From the NCBI GenBank assembly GCA_963784355.1, contig CAWAQU010000007.1, forward strand, positions 64,001 to 128,000: a stretch of DNA of 64,000 nt, written 5' to 3'. Positions within the stretch are counted from its first letter, which is position 1. Each line of letters begins with the position of its first letter. This document shows positions 40,144 through 50,846 of the stretch, piece after piece. Below the pieces are notes generated by a model. It was not told where the DNA came from and did no database searches. It saw only the letters and a list, made by a program, of their open reading frames with translations. Source of the DNA: an uncultured bacterium. Lineage in GTDB: Bacteria > Patescibacteriota > JACMRA01. Both the position numbers and the translations under genes were made by a program.

Positions 40144-41718
40144 ATGTTAAAATTGAATGATTTTAGTTTCGCCCATTCCGGGTCTGAAAACTTGATAAAT
40201 GGATTTTATTTAGATTTAAAGCCCTCACAAATTGCTGTGTTGTTGGGTTCAAATGGGGTAGGGAAATCATCAGTGCTAAATGCTGTCTGGGAAGAAAGTT
40301 TCGAGAAAACCCAAAAAGTACAGTTACCAATTGACAAGGTCTACTTTACTCAGGATATTCCTGCAGATTTAGATTTAAACCCTCAAAAGGTAAATTCTAG
40401 CTTTTATGAAATATTATACGAAGTCTGGAATGGAAGATTAGATAGTGAAAAATTGATGGACTGGCTTAGCGTTGTGGTAAATGAAATACCGAAAAACTTT
40501 GAAGCTAGATTGGAGCAAAACTTATTTGAAATGCGCTTAGCACCGGGATTTTTATCTACCAATTACCAAGAGCTGTCACCGGGAACCAAGAAAAGATTGT
40601 TATTATCTATTTTGTTTGCTACGGATCCAAAAGTAATTTTGGCGGATGAGCTGACAAATCATTTGGATACAGATTCAATTAAAGTTGTTTTGGATTGGCT
40701 AAAAAATAGTCGTGCAAGTATTTTACTGGTTGACCACAATCAAGAATTTTTACAAGCAATTGGCAACTACTTCATTTTTTTACCTAATAACAAAACTCGG
40801 AAACCAATACATTTACCGAATTTGAATTTCCAGGAAGCTATGGAATATCTAGCTAATTTAGAAGAGAGGCAGAAAGATGATTTGGAGGAAGTAGAAAAAA
40901 AGCATAGACAGCTTGAAGCGGTAAAAAAAGAAGCACAAAGACAGGCCACAGTTTTCAATAGCACGGCAGCCGGAAAACGAGTCAAGGCAACTGAAAAAAG
41001 AATTGAGAGAGAAGTTTTGAATAATGAAATCAGATTTGAACAAGATATTAAGAAAAAAGTGACTTTTAAGGCTGAAGAAAATAAAAGTAAAATAAAGCCA
41101 AACTTGTTGATAAATATTGACTTACTGGAATTCAAAATTGGTGTAAATAAAGTACAAAAAATCCGAGAGTTTAAATTGTATCATGGCGAAAGGCTCAGAA
41201 TAACAGGACCAAATGGTGGCGGTAAAAGTAGCTTGCTCAGAATTTTAGAAAAATATATTACAGAGCATGTACCCCTAGCTGAACTTGATCAATACATTAG
41301 TGGAGAAATAGAGTACAAGGACCTGGAGTCGCCTCAAGTGGCCATTTTGGAGCAGGTAGCTAACTATCCTCATGATTTTAACTTGGAGATGTTCATTACA
41401 CGTTATACCACTTTGATGGGCTATGAAATGAATTCGTTTTTGAAAAATCTGGAACTTGATAAATTTCCATTAAACACACCTATAAATTACCTATCTATGG
41501 GTGAATTTATTAGACTCCAACTGGGAATTATTACTAGAAATCTCGGTAGAATCAAACTTTTAATATTAGATGAGCCCGGCAATTTTTTGGATATATTCAC
41601 TCAAAAAGCCCTGGTCAATTTATTGAAAAAGTACAAAGGTAGCCTAATTTTAGTAACTCACGACCAAACTCTAGCTGAACAAATCGAAATTGATAAGACC
41701 TTTACTGTAGAGATGTAG
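40144..41718 (+). CDS. ABC-F family ATPase
   Basis: Two nucleotide-binding domains (GSNGVGKS, DELTNHLD; GPNGGGKS, DEPGNFLD), coiled linker, no TM segments. Confidence 0.85.
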   Translation: MLKLNDFSFAHSGSENLINGFYLDLKPSQIAVLLGSNGVGKSSVLNAVWEESFEKTQKVQLPIDKVYFTQDIPADLDLNPQKVNSSFYEILYEVWNGRLDSEKLMDWLSVVVNEIPKNFEARLEQNLFEMRLAPGFLSTNYQELSPGTKKRLLLSILFATDPKVILADELTNHLDTDSIKVVLDWLKNSRASILLVDHNQEFLQAIGNYFIFLPNNKTRKPIHLPNLNFQEAMEYLANLEERQKDDLEEVEKKHRQLEAVKKEAQRQATVFNSTAAGKRVKATEKRIEREVLNNEIRFEQDIKKKVTFKAEENKSKIKPNLLINIDLLEFKIGVNKVQKIREFKLYHGERLRITGPNGGGKSSLLRILEKYITEHVPLAELDQYISGEIEYKDLESPQVAILEQVANYPHDFNLEMFITRYTTLMGYEMNSFLKNLELDKFPLNTPINYLSMGEFIRLQLGIITRNLGRIKLLILDEPGNFLDIFTQKALVNLLKKYKGSLILVTHDQTLAEQIEIDKTFTVEM

Positions 41719-41720
41719 GA

Positions 41721-44429
41721 TTATTTTACAGTTGTTCTAAGTTTATTTACTTCATCAAACAAATTGTTTAATGTACTTAATAATTCTTCTCTCATAACTT
41801 TTTGAGTTTTTAATTTGTTTAAATTTACCATATGTGAAATTAGCTGATCATCTTCAGTAGTCTCAGGTAAATATCTTTTTGCCATACCTTCCATAATTTT
41901 ATTGAAATATTCAGGGGTAATTTTATTTGTCTCTGTGTCTCTCCAACTTGTCGCACCTTCAATCTTTTTTGCATTTATAAGTATAGTAATCTCTTCTTTT
42001 AATTTTTGCTCAAATCCCATACCTATTTTCTTAAGGATGACTTTTCCATTTTTATCAGCACGCAAACCATCCATTAATTCATCTACTAAATTACTTGCTT
42101 TCTCATCCATTTTAATATGCAACGTGTCTTTCCAACTATTTAAAATTTTCTTTATAGATTTAACAATATAATTGTTGATTGATTCATCGAAATAAAGTTG
42201 GGCTGTGATTTGTTTGTCGCGATCAATACGCTTCTGTACAATTTCACCTGATTCACGTACAGGGAGATAGTAATTTCCTACTTCTTTATCACCGAATATT
42301 AAATCTGCAAATGAATTGACCATAGTTTCAAAACCTAATTTAGTTTTTCCAATACCATGGTTTTTTATACACTCAGAATATATTGCCTCAATTCTCTTTT
42401 TAATATCTCCTTGGTTCTTTTTAATGAGCTCTTCATTATTATTAATAAAATTCAATACTAAAGTTTCAAGTGTTTTTTTTGGATCAATATATTCGTTACC
42501 GTCTGACTTTTCCTTAGATTTTAAGTCTTTGAACTCCTTATCAAGTTTGGTAAAAATAGCCATGACTGATTCCATACTCATATCATCCATTTTCTCACCA
42601 GATTTTTTATTTTTCTCAATTTTAGCTTTATGTTTATTTATCAGTATTGTTCTTGCCTGATCAATAATAGCCTTCCATAAAATTTCGATTTTATCTTTTG
42701 GAACTTTATGTTTTTCAAATGTCATTGTAAAATACTCATGCAGTCCATTTAAATGAATTGTTAGTTCCACTTCACTTTTATCTCCATTATCTATAGTTTG
42801 GACAATTGCATCAATATAGCCTTTTATATCATCTGCCTGATTTTTATTAAATTTTGATTTGTCAAAGCTTAAAATGTGACCAAAAATTTCGTTTAAATCG
42901 TTATTAGATTTTTGACCACTAATGTTTGCAGAAAAGTTGCTTACCAGTGAAAGTATCGTTTTTATTTTACTAGCTAGAGCATTATTCATTTCTGCTGATT
43001 CTCCAATCTGTTTTGTTATTTCGTGAATCTTTTCAAGAAGTGAATTACCTTGATTTATAGTATCAGTTTTGTTAATAATTGCGTTTGCAGTATTATTTGG
43101 ATTATTGATAAATTGTTCAAATGAATTTAGAAACTCATCTAAAGTTTCGCCAATTGAATCAGTATTTATTTTTGGATTATTTTGAATAGAAAGCTTGAAA
43201 TCGTTTATATCTTTTCTTAGTCCTTTTATAAAATTCAGATTAAATATTTGACTCTCTTTAGCAAAACTTTTAATTTCGGGGCGTACAAAATTTTCGATTG
43301 TTCTCCTTTCGGCTTTCGGCTTTTCTTCTACTTTAGGTGAGGCCTTCTCTTCTGTAACCGACTTACTAGCCATAATTGCATTTAATACTGGTTTCTCATT
43401 TGATTTATTGTCACTTTTACCCTTTTGTAACTCTAATAAATCCATGATTTTTGAAACATTGCTGCTTTTGACTGAATTACTAGCTATCGACTCTTTGTTT
43501 TCACTAATCTTATTTTCTGCTTCAGATAAGTGTATATTTTCTCTATCAATTACTTTTTCTTTTACTTGACTTGAGACACTATTTCTAATTTTGGTAATGT
43601 CTAAATTTAACACTACAGCTGTATGAGGAGATAATTCTATAATCTCTTTTCTACTTAATAGCTTGATAAAAGAATCAGCCTGCTTAATTGTATTCAATTT
43701 TAGCAACTCATCTGTATTACCTGATTTGAATTCATTAACATTCTTTTCAAATATAGTAAAATTAGTGAGTATTATTTTCCCCAACTCTGGCTTATTTTTC
43801 CCCAACTCTGATCTTTCTATAATTCTCTTGATCATTTTAATATTTATACCTAACCTTTCTAAATTCACTTCATCTATATTCACATTTGATGCATTTAAAG
43901 CCATTAAATTCTCCATCTTTTTCTTTGCTATATTGAATAGTTGCGAGTTTTGCTCAGGCGGATTTACTGGTTGTTGTAGACCATCATCTTCATTTTGATT
44001 TTCTGAAGCCCCAAGCCTTTCTTGCTTATCAATTTTTGTATTCAGGCTTTTAAATATTTGAAAAGCTTTTCTAAATTCTAATTCATTCCTTGATGAAATT
44101 TTTTTATTTGGATTATTACGGTTAGTTAAATCCGAATATTGTTTAAGCGCCTGATCATAGGTAGAATTTGATTCAAGGATATCTAATATTCTACTTTGTA
44201 TATTGCTTTTCGCATTATCCCATTTAAAATTTTTTGGAATATTTCGCAGATTTCTGAATAAATTTAGTCTACTTCGATTTTCAGAAAGATATTCAGCCCA
44301 AAGCGTTTCTAAAATTTCTTCTCTTCGCGATTCAGGTCTATTACGAAACTCTTTTTCTAAAGAATTGTCATTTGTAATTTGCTGTTCTTTGGTGATTTTA
44401 TTTGAACTTAAATTTAATTTTTCATTCAT
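41721..44429 (-). CDS. Large hypothetical helical protein
   Basis: About 900-aa K/E/N-rich ORF, no recognised motif; ATG 44429 preferred as start. Confidence 0.7.
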   Translation of the reverse strand: MNEKLNLSSNKITKEQQITNDNSLEKEFRNRPESRREEILETLWAEYLSENRSRLNLFRNLRNIPKNFKWDNAKSNIQSRILDILESNSTYDQALKQYSDLTNRNNPNKKISSRNELEFRKAFQIFKSLNTKIDKQERLGASENQNEDDGLQQPVNPPEQNSQLFNIAKKKMENLMALNASNVNIDEVNLERLGINIKMIKRIIERSELGKNKPELGKIILTNFTIFEKNVNEFKSGNTDELLKLNTIKQADSFIKLLSRKEIIELSPHTAVVLNLDITKIRNSVSSQVKEKVIDRENIHLSEAENKISENKESIASNSVKSSNVSKIMDLLELQKGKSDNKSNEKPVLNAIMASKSVTEEKASPKVEEKPKAERRTIENFVRPEIKSFAKESQIFNLNFIKGLRKDINDFKLSIQNNPKINTDSIGETLDEFLNSFEQFINNPNNTANAIINKTDTINQGNSLLEKIHEITKQIGESAEMNNALASKIKTILSLVSNFSANISGQKSNNDLNEIFGHILSFDKSKFNKNQADDIKGYIDAIVQTIDNGDKSEVELTIHLNGLHEYFTMTFEKHKVPKDKIEILWKAIIDQARTILINKHKAKIEKNKKSGEKMDDMSMESVMAIFTKLDKEFKDLKSKEKSDGNEYIDPKKTLETLVLNFINNNEELIKKNQGDIKKRIEAIYSECIKNHGIGKTKLGFETMVNSFADLIFGDKEVGNYYLPVRESGEIVQKRIDRDKQITAQLYFDESINNYIVKSIKKILNSWKDTLHIKMDEKASNLVDELMDGLRADKNGKVILKKIGMGFEQKLKEEITILINAKKIEGATSWRDTETNKITPEYFNKIMEGMAKRYLPETTEDDQLISHMVNLNKLKTQKVMREELLSTLNNLFDEVNKLRTTVK

Positions 44430-44540
44430 ACTAGTAATTTTTGAATTTTTTGCTTTAGAATAGCACAATACTAATCTCCTCAGTTAATAGCTGTGACTTG
44501 TCAAGAGATTTTTAGATGCTTTATATTGTCATTGAGGAAT

Positions 44541-44568
44541 AAAAAAACCGGCTTTTTAGGCCGGAAAA
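44541..44568 (-). terminator. Intrinsic terminator
   Basis: CCGGC...GCCGG hairpin next to an A run (T run on the minus strand). Confidence 0.65.
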
Positions 44569-44604
44569 TAAACTATTATTCAAATCATTATTTTTTTAAC
44601 TAAG

Positions 44605-47181
44605 TTATTTTAATTTAACTTGTTTTTCACTAAATTTATTAGTTGATTTGGTATAAAATCTGTAGATTAAATAACCTCCTCCAATTGATAACATGCTCAA
44701 AATAAAGCTCATTCCTCCAGTTCTAATTAAAGTATCATTCCCTGAAGATGTAACTAAATTACTTACAGTTACTTTCTTACCTGTATCTATAAGACCACCT
44801 GCATTTATCTTGGCAAAAATAGGTTGAGATCCACTAATACTACCTACTGGTACATTGGTACAAGTAAAGTTAACTCCATTTACTATACAACTGTCACTTA
44901 ATCTGTTAGTATTTCCAATACTAATTTTTAAAGTATTACCTCCTAATTGTTTATTAGCTGGTAAATTACCATTACATGTGGTCATGGAATTTGCGTACAC
45001 AAATTGAGAACAAGTAAATGTTAGAGTGTTGAGGTCATTTTCAGTAAGTGTAGTTGGAGTAGTAGTTGTGTTTCCACCTCCACCATTAGTGTTTCCACCT
45101 CCGTTATTTCCTCCACCGCTTGTATCACCATTTGCAACTACAACTGAATCAATAACTGCATTAATTACATTACTGGTTGAAGCTAGGATATCAAATGTAC
45201 CATTAGAATTTCCTACACTAGCAGTACAACCTGAAATAGTTCCGTCTGAAAGTGTATTACATGTTGCTGCAGTGCCGTTTGGTCCTACTTTGATAGTAAG
45301 GCTAGGAGCTGTAACGTTAGCTGGTAATTGACCTGCGCAAATCACGTTTGCATTAGGGGCAACTGAATCTGGAGCACAATCAATTGCAGTATTGAGCTGA
45401 GCTGCAGTAGCTTTAGTGGTAAATTTTGTAGGAATGTTTAAATTTGGTACGCCTTGGGAGCTTAATACACCGTTGGCTGTACCCGTGCTAGCATTGTCTG
45501 GAATATTCTGACCACTATTAGGGACAAAATTACCTCCTTGTATTGTTCCTGTAACTTGAGTAGTTGATCCTGCTGGTGTAAAAGTAGCAGCTGTGTCGTT
45601 GGCTAGAGTATTACCGCTTAGATTGATTGTAGGAAAAGCATCACCAATGTTTCCAGTTACTACTGTAGTAGGGTTACCTAAATTGGATGTTTGATTAGTT
45701 TCAAATGCACCTGCGTCACATTTAGCTCCATTTGGTCTACTATTTCCCAATTGATCAGTAGTTAAATTATTACCGTTATAGTCTGTACAATCAGCTGTTA
45801 CTACACTATCAATTGCTACGCTACCTGTTTGTAGTGGTAAAACTTGCAATCTTCCATCAGTAACTACACCACCCAGTTTTAACTGATCAACTGTAGCATT
45901 AGTAAAGTTGGTAGCAGTATCTGCATTAGCGTTTGCACATGAAGCATCAGTTACAAAATTTTTACCTGAACCCTTAATTTTATTTGCACAAGCATTGCCG
46001 GTAGATTGGATAATACTATTCTTAATTTCAATACCAACTCCATCATTATACCCGTTAAAAGTGTTTCCCTGAGCTCTTGCAATATTGTCTTTAAATGTGG
46101 AATTTACAATTACTACGTTGTCACCACCAACAGCACCACCATAATTTGCTATGTTTCCTATAAAAGTACTATTAATTACTCTAGTTGGAGCTTGACCTTG
46201 ATTGGTTGAGGTAGATTGTAATTTACTACTACTTATCGCACCACCATAAGCGTAAGTGGAGTTAGTATCAAATGTTGTAGTTTTGTTATTTATAAATGTA
46301 CTGTTGGATATGATCATGTTTGATGCAGCAGCTATAGCACCACCACCGAAATATGTAAGTGTAGAATTGTTTGCAAAAATACTATTATTAATAACACCTT
46401 TACATCCGGTTTCAGTTACAATCGCACCGCCATATTGTTTATCATTATTGGTAAAACTAGTATTGTTTATGTTCAAATTTGCAGTAATCTGTTGAGGTAC
46501 ATTATTTTGATAGCATGAAATGGCACCACCACCATAACCCCAATTGTAGTTACCTTGTAATCCGTTGTTTGTAAAAATAACATTATCAGTATTTAAGATA
46601 GTGGATACCCATGTTGCGATTGCTCCTCCGGTTTCATTACCTGGATTAAATCCATCAATAGTTAAATTTTTTAGACTTAAAACACCCCCATTATCAACAC
46701 TTAATAATCTAAAATAGTTTGAACCGGTTCTTTTTAAAGTTGAGTTATTACCTTCAATAGTAACATCAGTATAGATAACAGGTAAAGCATCATTTCTATG
46801 ATATGCAAATTCACTTGTTGGACTAATAAATACTGTTTTTTTGGTGAAATTAAAATTAGCGAAAGATGGTAAAACAATAGTGTCACTACCACTTCCTGCT
46901 GTGCAGGAATCCTTTGCTGTGTCTGTGTTTGCTGAGATGATTGCTTCTGCTAGAGAGCAATTTCCATTATTTGCTACAGGTTCTTCAATTACATTTGTAG
47001 TTACATTTATTGTACTATTTGCCGCTAAGGCTTTTTTCGTAACTGTATTAAATAAAACAATATTTGTTATTATTGTTGTACATACGGTCAAGACAAAAAA
47101 TCCTAAGAAAATGTAGGTCAACCTATTTCTAGTGCGTTTTTTTTCAGCACGTTTATCCGTGTTAACAAGTTTTTTGTTCAT
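44605..47181 (-). CDS. Surface protein: CSLREA-like, beta-helix and choice-of-anchor-Q-like regions, C-terminal LIRTGG-TM anchor
   Basis: CSLAEAI, repeated GGAI motifs, DQLGNSRP..CDAGAFE, LIRTGG followed by a hydrophobic helix and basic tail. Confidence 0.8.
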   Translation of the reverse strand: MNKKLVNTDKRAEKKRTRNRLTYIFLGFFVLTVCTTIITNIVLFNTVTKKALAANSTINVTTNVIEEPVANNGNCSLAEAIISANTDTAKDSCTAGSGSDTIVLPSFANFNFTKKTVFISPTSEFAYHRNDALPVIYTDVTIEGNNSTLKRTGSNYFRLLSVDNGGVLSLKNLTIDGFNPGNETGGAIATWVSTILNTDNVIFTNNGLQGNYNWGYGGGAISCYQNNVPQQITANLNINNTSFTNNDKQYGGAIVTETGCKGVINNSIFANNSTLTYFGGGAIAAASNMIISNSTFINNKTTTFDTNSTYAYGGAISSSKLQSTSTNQGQAPTRVINSTFIGNIANYGGAVGGDNVVIVNSTFKDNIARAQGNTFNGYNDGVGIEIKNSIIQSTGNACANKIKGSGKNFVTDASCANANADTATNFTNATVDQLKLGGVVTDGRLQVLPLQTGSVAIDSVVTADCTDYNGNNLTTDQLGNSRPNGAKCDAGAFETNQTSNLGNPTTVVTGNIGDAFPTINLSGNTLANDTAATFTPAGSTTQVTGTIQGGNFVPNSGQNIPDNASTGTANGVLSSQGVPNLNIPTKFTTKATAAQLNTAIDCAPDSVAPNANVICAGQLPANVTAPSLTIKVGPNGTAATCNTLSDGTISGCTASVGNSNGTFDILASTSNVINAVIDSVVVANGDTSGGGNNGGGNTNGGGGNTTTTPTTLTENDLNTLTFTCSQFVYANSMTTCNGNLPANKQLGGNTLKISIGNTNRLSDSCIVNGVNFTCTNVPVGSISGSQPIFAKINAGGLIDTGKKVTVSNLVTSSGNDTLIRTGGMSFILSMLSIGGGYLIYRFYTKSTNKFSEKQVKLK

Positions 47182-47249
47182 ATTTTTGTTTTTACAATTA
47201 AAAGTATATCTTACTTTTTTTGTTTATGCAAGAAATTACGATTCAGTCT

Positions 47250-50200
47250 TTAATTGGGTTTTGAGGACTTAATTAAATATTCTTTAAAGTCTTTTGCAGG
47301 AATAGGCTTACTGAAGAGAAAACCTTGTACTTCGTCGCATGATTGCGCTGATAAAATATCAAATTGGTTTTTAGTTTCAACTCCTTCAGCTATAACTTTT
47401 AAATTAAAATTGTGAGCCAGAGAAATAATCGCTTTTGTGACTGCCATATTTTGGCTATGTTTGGTCATGTTGCGAATAAATAGCTGATCTATTTTTAATC
47501 CGTTAATGGGCAATCTTTGTAAATAGGTTAGGGAGGAATACCCTGTACCAAAATCATCAATCAGTAATTTTATGCCCATCTCTTTTAATTTATAAAAAAT
47601 ATCAATAGTACTTTCAGTATTTTCAATAAATACATTCTCAGTTAATTCAAGCTCAAGGTATTTTGGGTCCAAAGATGTGCTCTCAATAACCTGAATAACA
47701 TTTTTAAGGACCTGCTTTTCAGTTAATTGCTTAAAAGATAGGTTTACGGCAACCTGTATTGGGCTGATACCCATTTTTTGCCACTCTATATTTTGTTTAC
47801 ATGCAGTATATAATGCCCATTTATCAATTTCAGTAATTAGTCCTGTTTCTTCGGCAATAGGTAAAAATTCGCCGGGAGAGAGTATTATGCCTTTCTTTGG
47901 ATCGTTCCACCTTGTGAGTGCTTCACAGCCTACCACCTTGCCGGTTTTTATATTGACCACTGGTTGATAATACAATTCAAACTCGTCATTTCTTAGTGCA
48001 CGTCTAATATCAGCCTCAATTTCTAAAAGCTTAACCATTTGGGTGTGCATAGAACTGCTAAATACTTCATAGCAATTTTTGCCTTTGTTTTTTGCCCTGT
48101 ACATCGCTGTATCTGCATCTCTCAACATATCTTCAGGGTTTGTATAGCTTATATTTGCCGGAGTTATACCAATGCTCGAGGTTACAGATACAGAATACTT
48201 CTTAATTTTAAAAGGCTGATTTAATTTTTTCTGGATTTTATTGATTGCTATAATTACTTCCTCTAAATCTTTGACACCTTCAAATAAAATGGTAAATTCA
48301 TCTCCACCCAATCTTGCGATAGTATCATGCTCTCCTAAGCATTTTTGTAGGCGATTTGCTATATCTACAAGTAACTTGTCTCCGGAGGTATGGCCCAAAC
48401 TATCATTGATGATCTTGAATCTATCTATATCTAAAAAAGCAACTATAAAATAATAACTAGGATCCCGTTTTTTTCTATCCATCGCAGTTTTTAGCTTATC
48501 AATAAACAACTTTCCTTTTGCAAGCCCTGTCAGTGAATCATAATATGCTTCCTTTCGAAGTTGCTCTTCCATTAATTTTCTTTTACTTATATCCTCAATA
48601 GTTCCTAAAATTTGATTTGGACTACCATCTTCGTTTCTACTAAAAACAATTTCGCGATTGTATATCCATTTCCAGAGTCCATTTGCATCTTTAATACGGT
48701 ACTCAGTCTCAACTACTTCGTTTTGTTTTGCCGTAGCTAGCAGTTTCTTGCTATTTTCTCGTTTTGAAATATCCTCAGGATGTACAAAATTGTTATAAAA
48801 GGTAATATTGTTATCTATGATATAATCTGCACTATACTCGACAATATTTTTTATTGCCTGATTGACATAAAGGACTTTGTTTTCATTGCTATCATGCAAA
48901 TAAACTATATTCGGTGTAGCATCAACAACCCCTTGAATCAGTCTCTGGGTTTCATATAAATCAGCCTCTGCTTTTTTTCTTGCGCTTACATCTCTAGAGT
49001 TAATAACTATACCTTTGATAATAGGATCATTTAGCAAATTGGACACTACGGATTCTATATAAATCCATTCGCCGTTTGCGTGCTTCACTCTGTATTCTAC
49101 TGATAAATTTTCATCTTCCCTATAAGCTTCAATAAATGCTTTTTCCAAGCTCTTCAAATCTTCAGGGTGAATATAAGCATTTGCATCTTTTCCAATAAAT
49201 ACTTCGGGTTCATAGCCCAATATTCCTTTTATTGAGGGGCTTTCATATATAATTTTACCATTTTGTTCAACAACAGTTATGATATCAGATGAATTTTGCA
49301 CTAAAGATTTAAACCTTTTTTCACTTTCCAGAAGAGCAATAGTAGCTTTTTTTCTATCATTAATATTTAAAATACTTAAGCTTACACCAATTACTCTGTT
49401 TTCCTCAGCGTAAACGGGAGCGTAGTTAAATTCAAACCATAATTCTTGCTCATCTTGACTTTTAACTTTTCTTTCAATTTTTACATTCTTACCATTTAGA
49501 GCGGAAGTATAGTTTTGAATAAAGCTATTTGTATTTTCAGTTGAGATATATTCCCGATAATCTTTACCTTCAACTAGTTTTTTGCCAAGTATCTTGATAT
49601 CTATTTCTTCAGCTAATTTGTTAAAAGCTAAAAGTCTGTAATTGTCATCTAAAAGAACAAATGCCTGGTGGCTACTGTTAAAAATTGCTTTAAGATTAGC
49701 CTCTGATTTTTTTAGAGCAGTTTCGGTTTCTTTCTGTGTACTTAAATCCAAAGCAAATGCCACACAGTTGTTTTGTGTGCCTGGCATTAAGGCAAACCCT
49801 AATAACACAGGAACTAATTTACCATTCTTTTTGATAAAGTGCTTCTCAAATGGTGGGCAAGCTCCTTTTTTCTTGGCTTCTTCTATTTTAATGTAATCCT
49901 GTTGGATCTGGTCTTCAGGTGTCATTTTATCCCATTGTACAATCCCGGCATCAAAATCCTCTCTTGTGTAACCCACTATTTTCAAAAACGCGTCATTGGC
50001 TTCAATGTAATTACCGTCAAAATCACCTATAGTTATACCAATAATATTGGATTCAACCAATCTTTTAAAACTTAACTCACTGAGCCTAAGTTGTTCTAAA
50101 GAATCTGTATGACTAGTCAGAGACTTAATAAGTTGGGTAACGTCCTGTGCTCTAAGTATATAAAAACTTTCACTCTCATCATCTAAATTATCAAAATGAC

Positions 50201-50468
50201 AGTTCCAATTTACCAAGTCACCATTTTTTGATTTTAAAGTGTATACACCATTTTTAAATTTTTCCCCTGATTTAGCTTCAGGATTAGTTTCCTTGATCCA
50301 GCTAGTTAAGTTGGGGAAATCATTCACCTCAAATTTAATTGCTTCAGAAGCAGCCTTATTTACAAAAACTACTTTCCCTTCTTTGTTATATATAATGATG
50401 GCGGAAGGCGCTTCAAAAACTGCCCTTTGGAATATTTTTCTATTGGATTCTATTTCATTTAAACTCAT
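47250..50468 (-). CDS. Multi-PAS GGDEF-EAL c-di-GMP signalling protein
   Basis: Several PAS/PAC repeats, RLGGDEF, CEALTRW, IDDFGTGYSS, AEGVE. Confidence 0.95.
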   Translation of the reverse strand: MSLNEIESNRKIFQRAVFEAPSAIIIYNKEGKVVFVNKAASEAIKFEVNDFPNLTSWIKETNPEAKSGEKFKNGVYTLKSKNGDLVNWNCHFDNLDDESESFYILRAQDVTQLIKSLTSHTDSLEQLRLSELSFKRLVESNIIGITIGDFDGNYIEANDAFLKIVGYTREDFDAGIVQWDKMTPEDQIQQDYIKIEEAKKKGACPPFEKHFIKKNGKLVPVLLGFALMPGTQNNCVAFALDLSTQKETETALKKSEANLKAIFNSSHQAFVLLDDNYRLLAFNKLAEEIDIKILGKKLVEGKDYREYISTENTNSFIQNYTSALNGKNVKIERKVKSQDEQELWFEFNYAPVYAEENRVIGVSLSILNINDRKKATIALLESEKRFKSLVQNSSDIITVVEQNGKIIYESPSIKGILGYEPEVFIGKDANAYIHPEDLKSLEKAFIEAYREDENLSVEYRVKHANGEWIYIESVVSNLLNDPIIKGIVINSRDVSARKKAEADLYETQRLIQGVVDATPNIVYLHDSNENKVLYVNQAIKNIVEYSADYIIDNNITFYNNFVHPEDISKRENSKKLLATAKQNEVVETEYRIKDANGLWKWIYNREIVFSRNEDGSPNQILGTIEDISKRKLMEEQLRKEAYYDSLTGLAKGKLFIDKLKTAMDRKKRDPSYYFIVAFLDIDRFKIINDSLGHTSGDKLLVDIANRLQKCLGEHDTIARLGGDEFTILFEGVKDLEEVIIAINKIQKKLNQPFKIKKYSVSVTSSIGITPANISYTNPEDMLRDADTAMYRAKNKGKNCYEVFSSSMHTQMVKLLEIEADIRRALRNDEFELYYQPVVNIKTGKVVGCEALTRWNDPKKGIILSPGEFLPIAEETGLITEIDKWALYTACKQNIEWQKMGISPIQVAVNLSFKQLTEKQVLKNVIQVIESTSLDPKYLELELTENVFIENTESTIDIFYKLKEMGIKLLIDDFGTGYSSLTYLQRLPINGLKIDQLFIRNMTKHSQNMAVTKAIISLAHNFNLKVIAEGVETKNQFDILSAQSCDEVQGFLFSKPIPAKDFKEYLIKSSKPN

Positions 50469-50846
50469 ATATTGATTTTTATTAATAAATTTGTTAGTAG
50501 CCTGCAGCCCCTTAAATTACCTAAGATACTATATATACACAATTTTAGCTGAGTATACCGTTTGCAATGAAAACAGGCTATAAAATGGTAGTTAAATTTG
50601 ACAAATTCTAAATGTCAACTGACTATTTGTTTTAGATATTTTTGTTTAGTTTTCTGTTAGTACAGAAGTTAGATTAATTTACCGGAATATGTCAAAGGAT
50701 TTGTTAATTATTAAGTATTTAAAATTGCTAGACTAGTATCATTTGAAGTGGTTATAGATGTATTTCAATTGTCTTTTTATTTCATTTGTTCGCATAGTCT
50801 TTGACTAATTATAACATATTTACTAACTTTAAGCAAAATCAAACAT

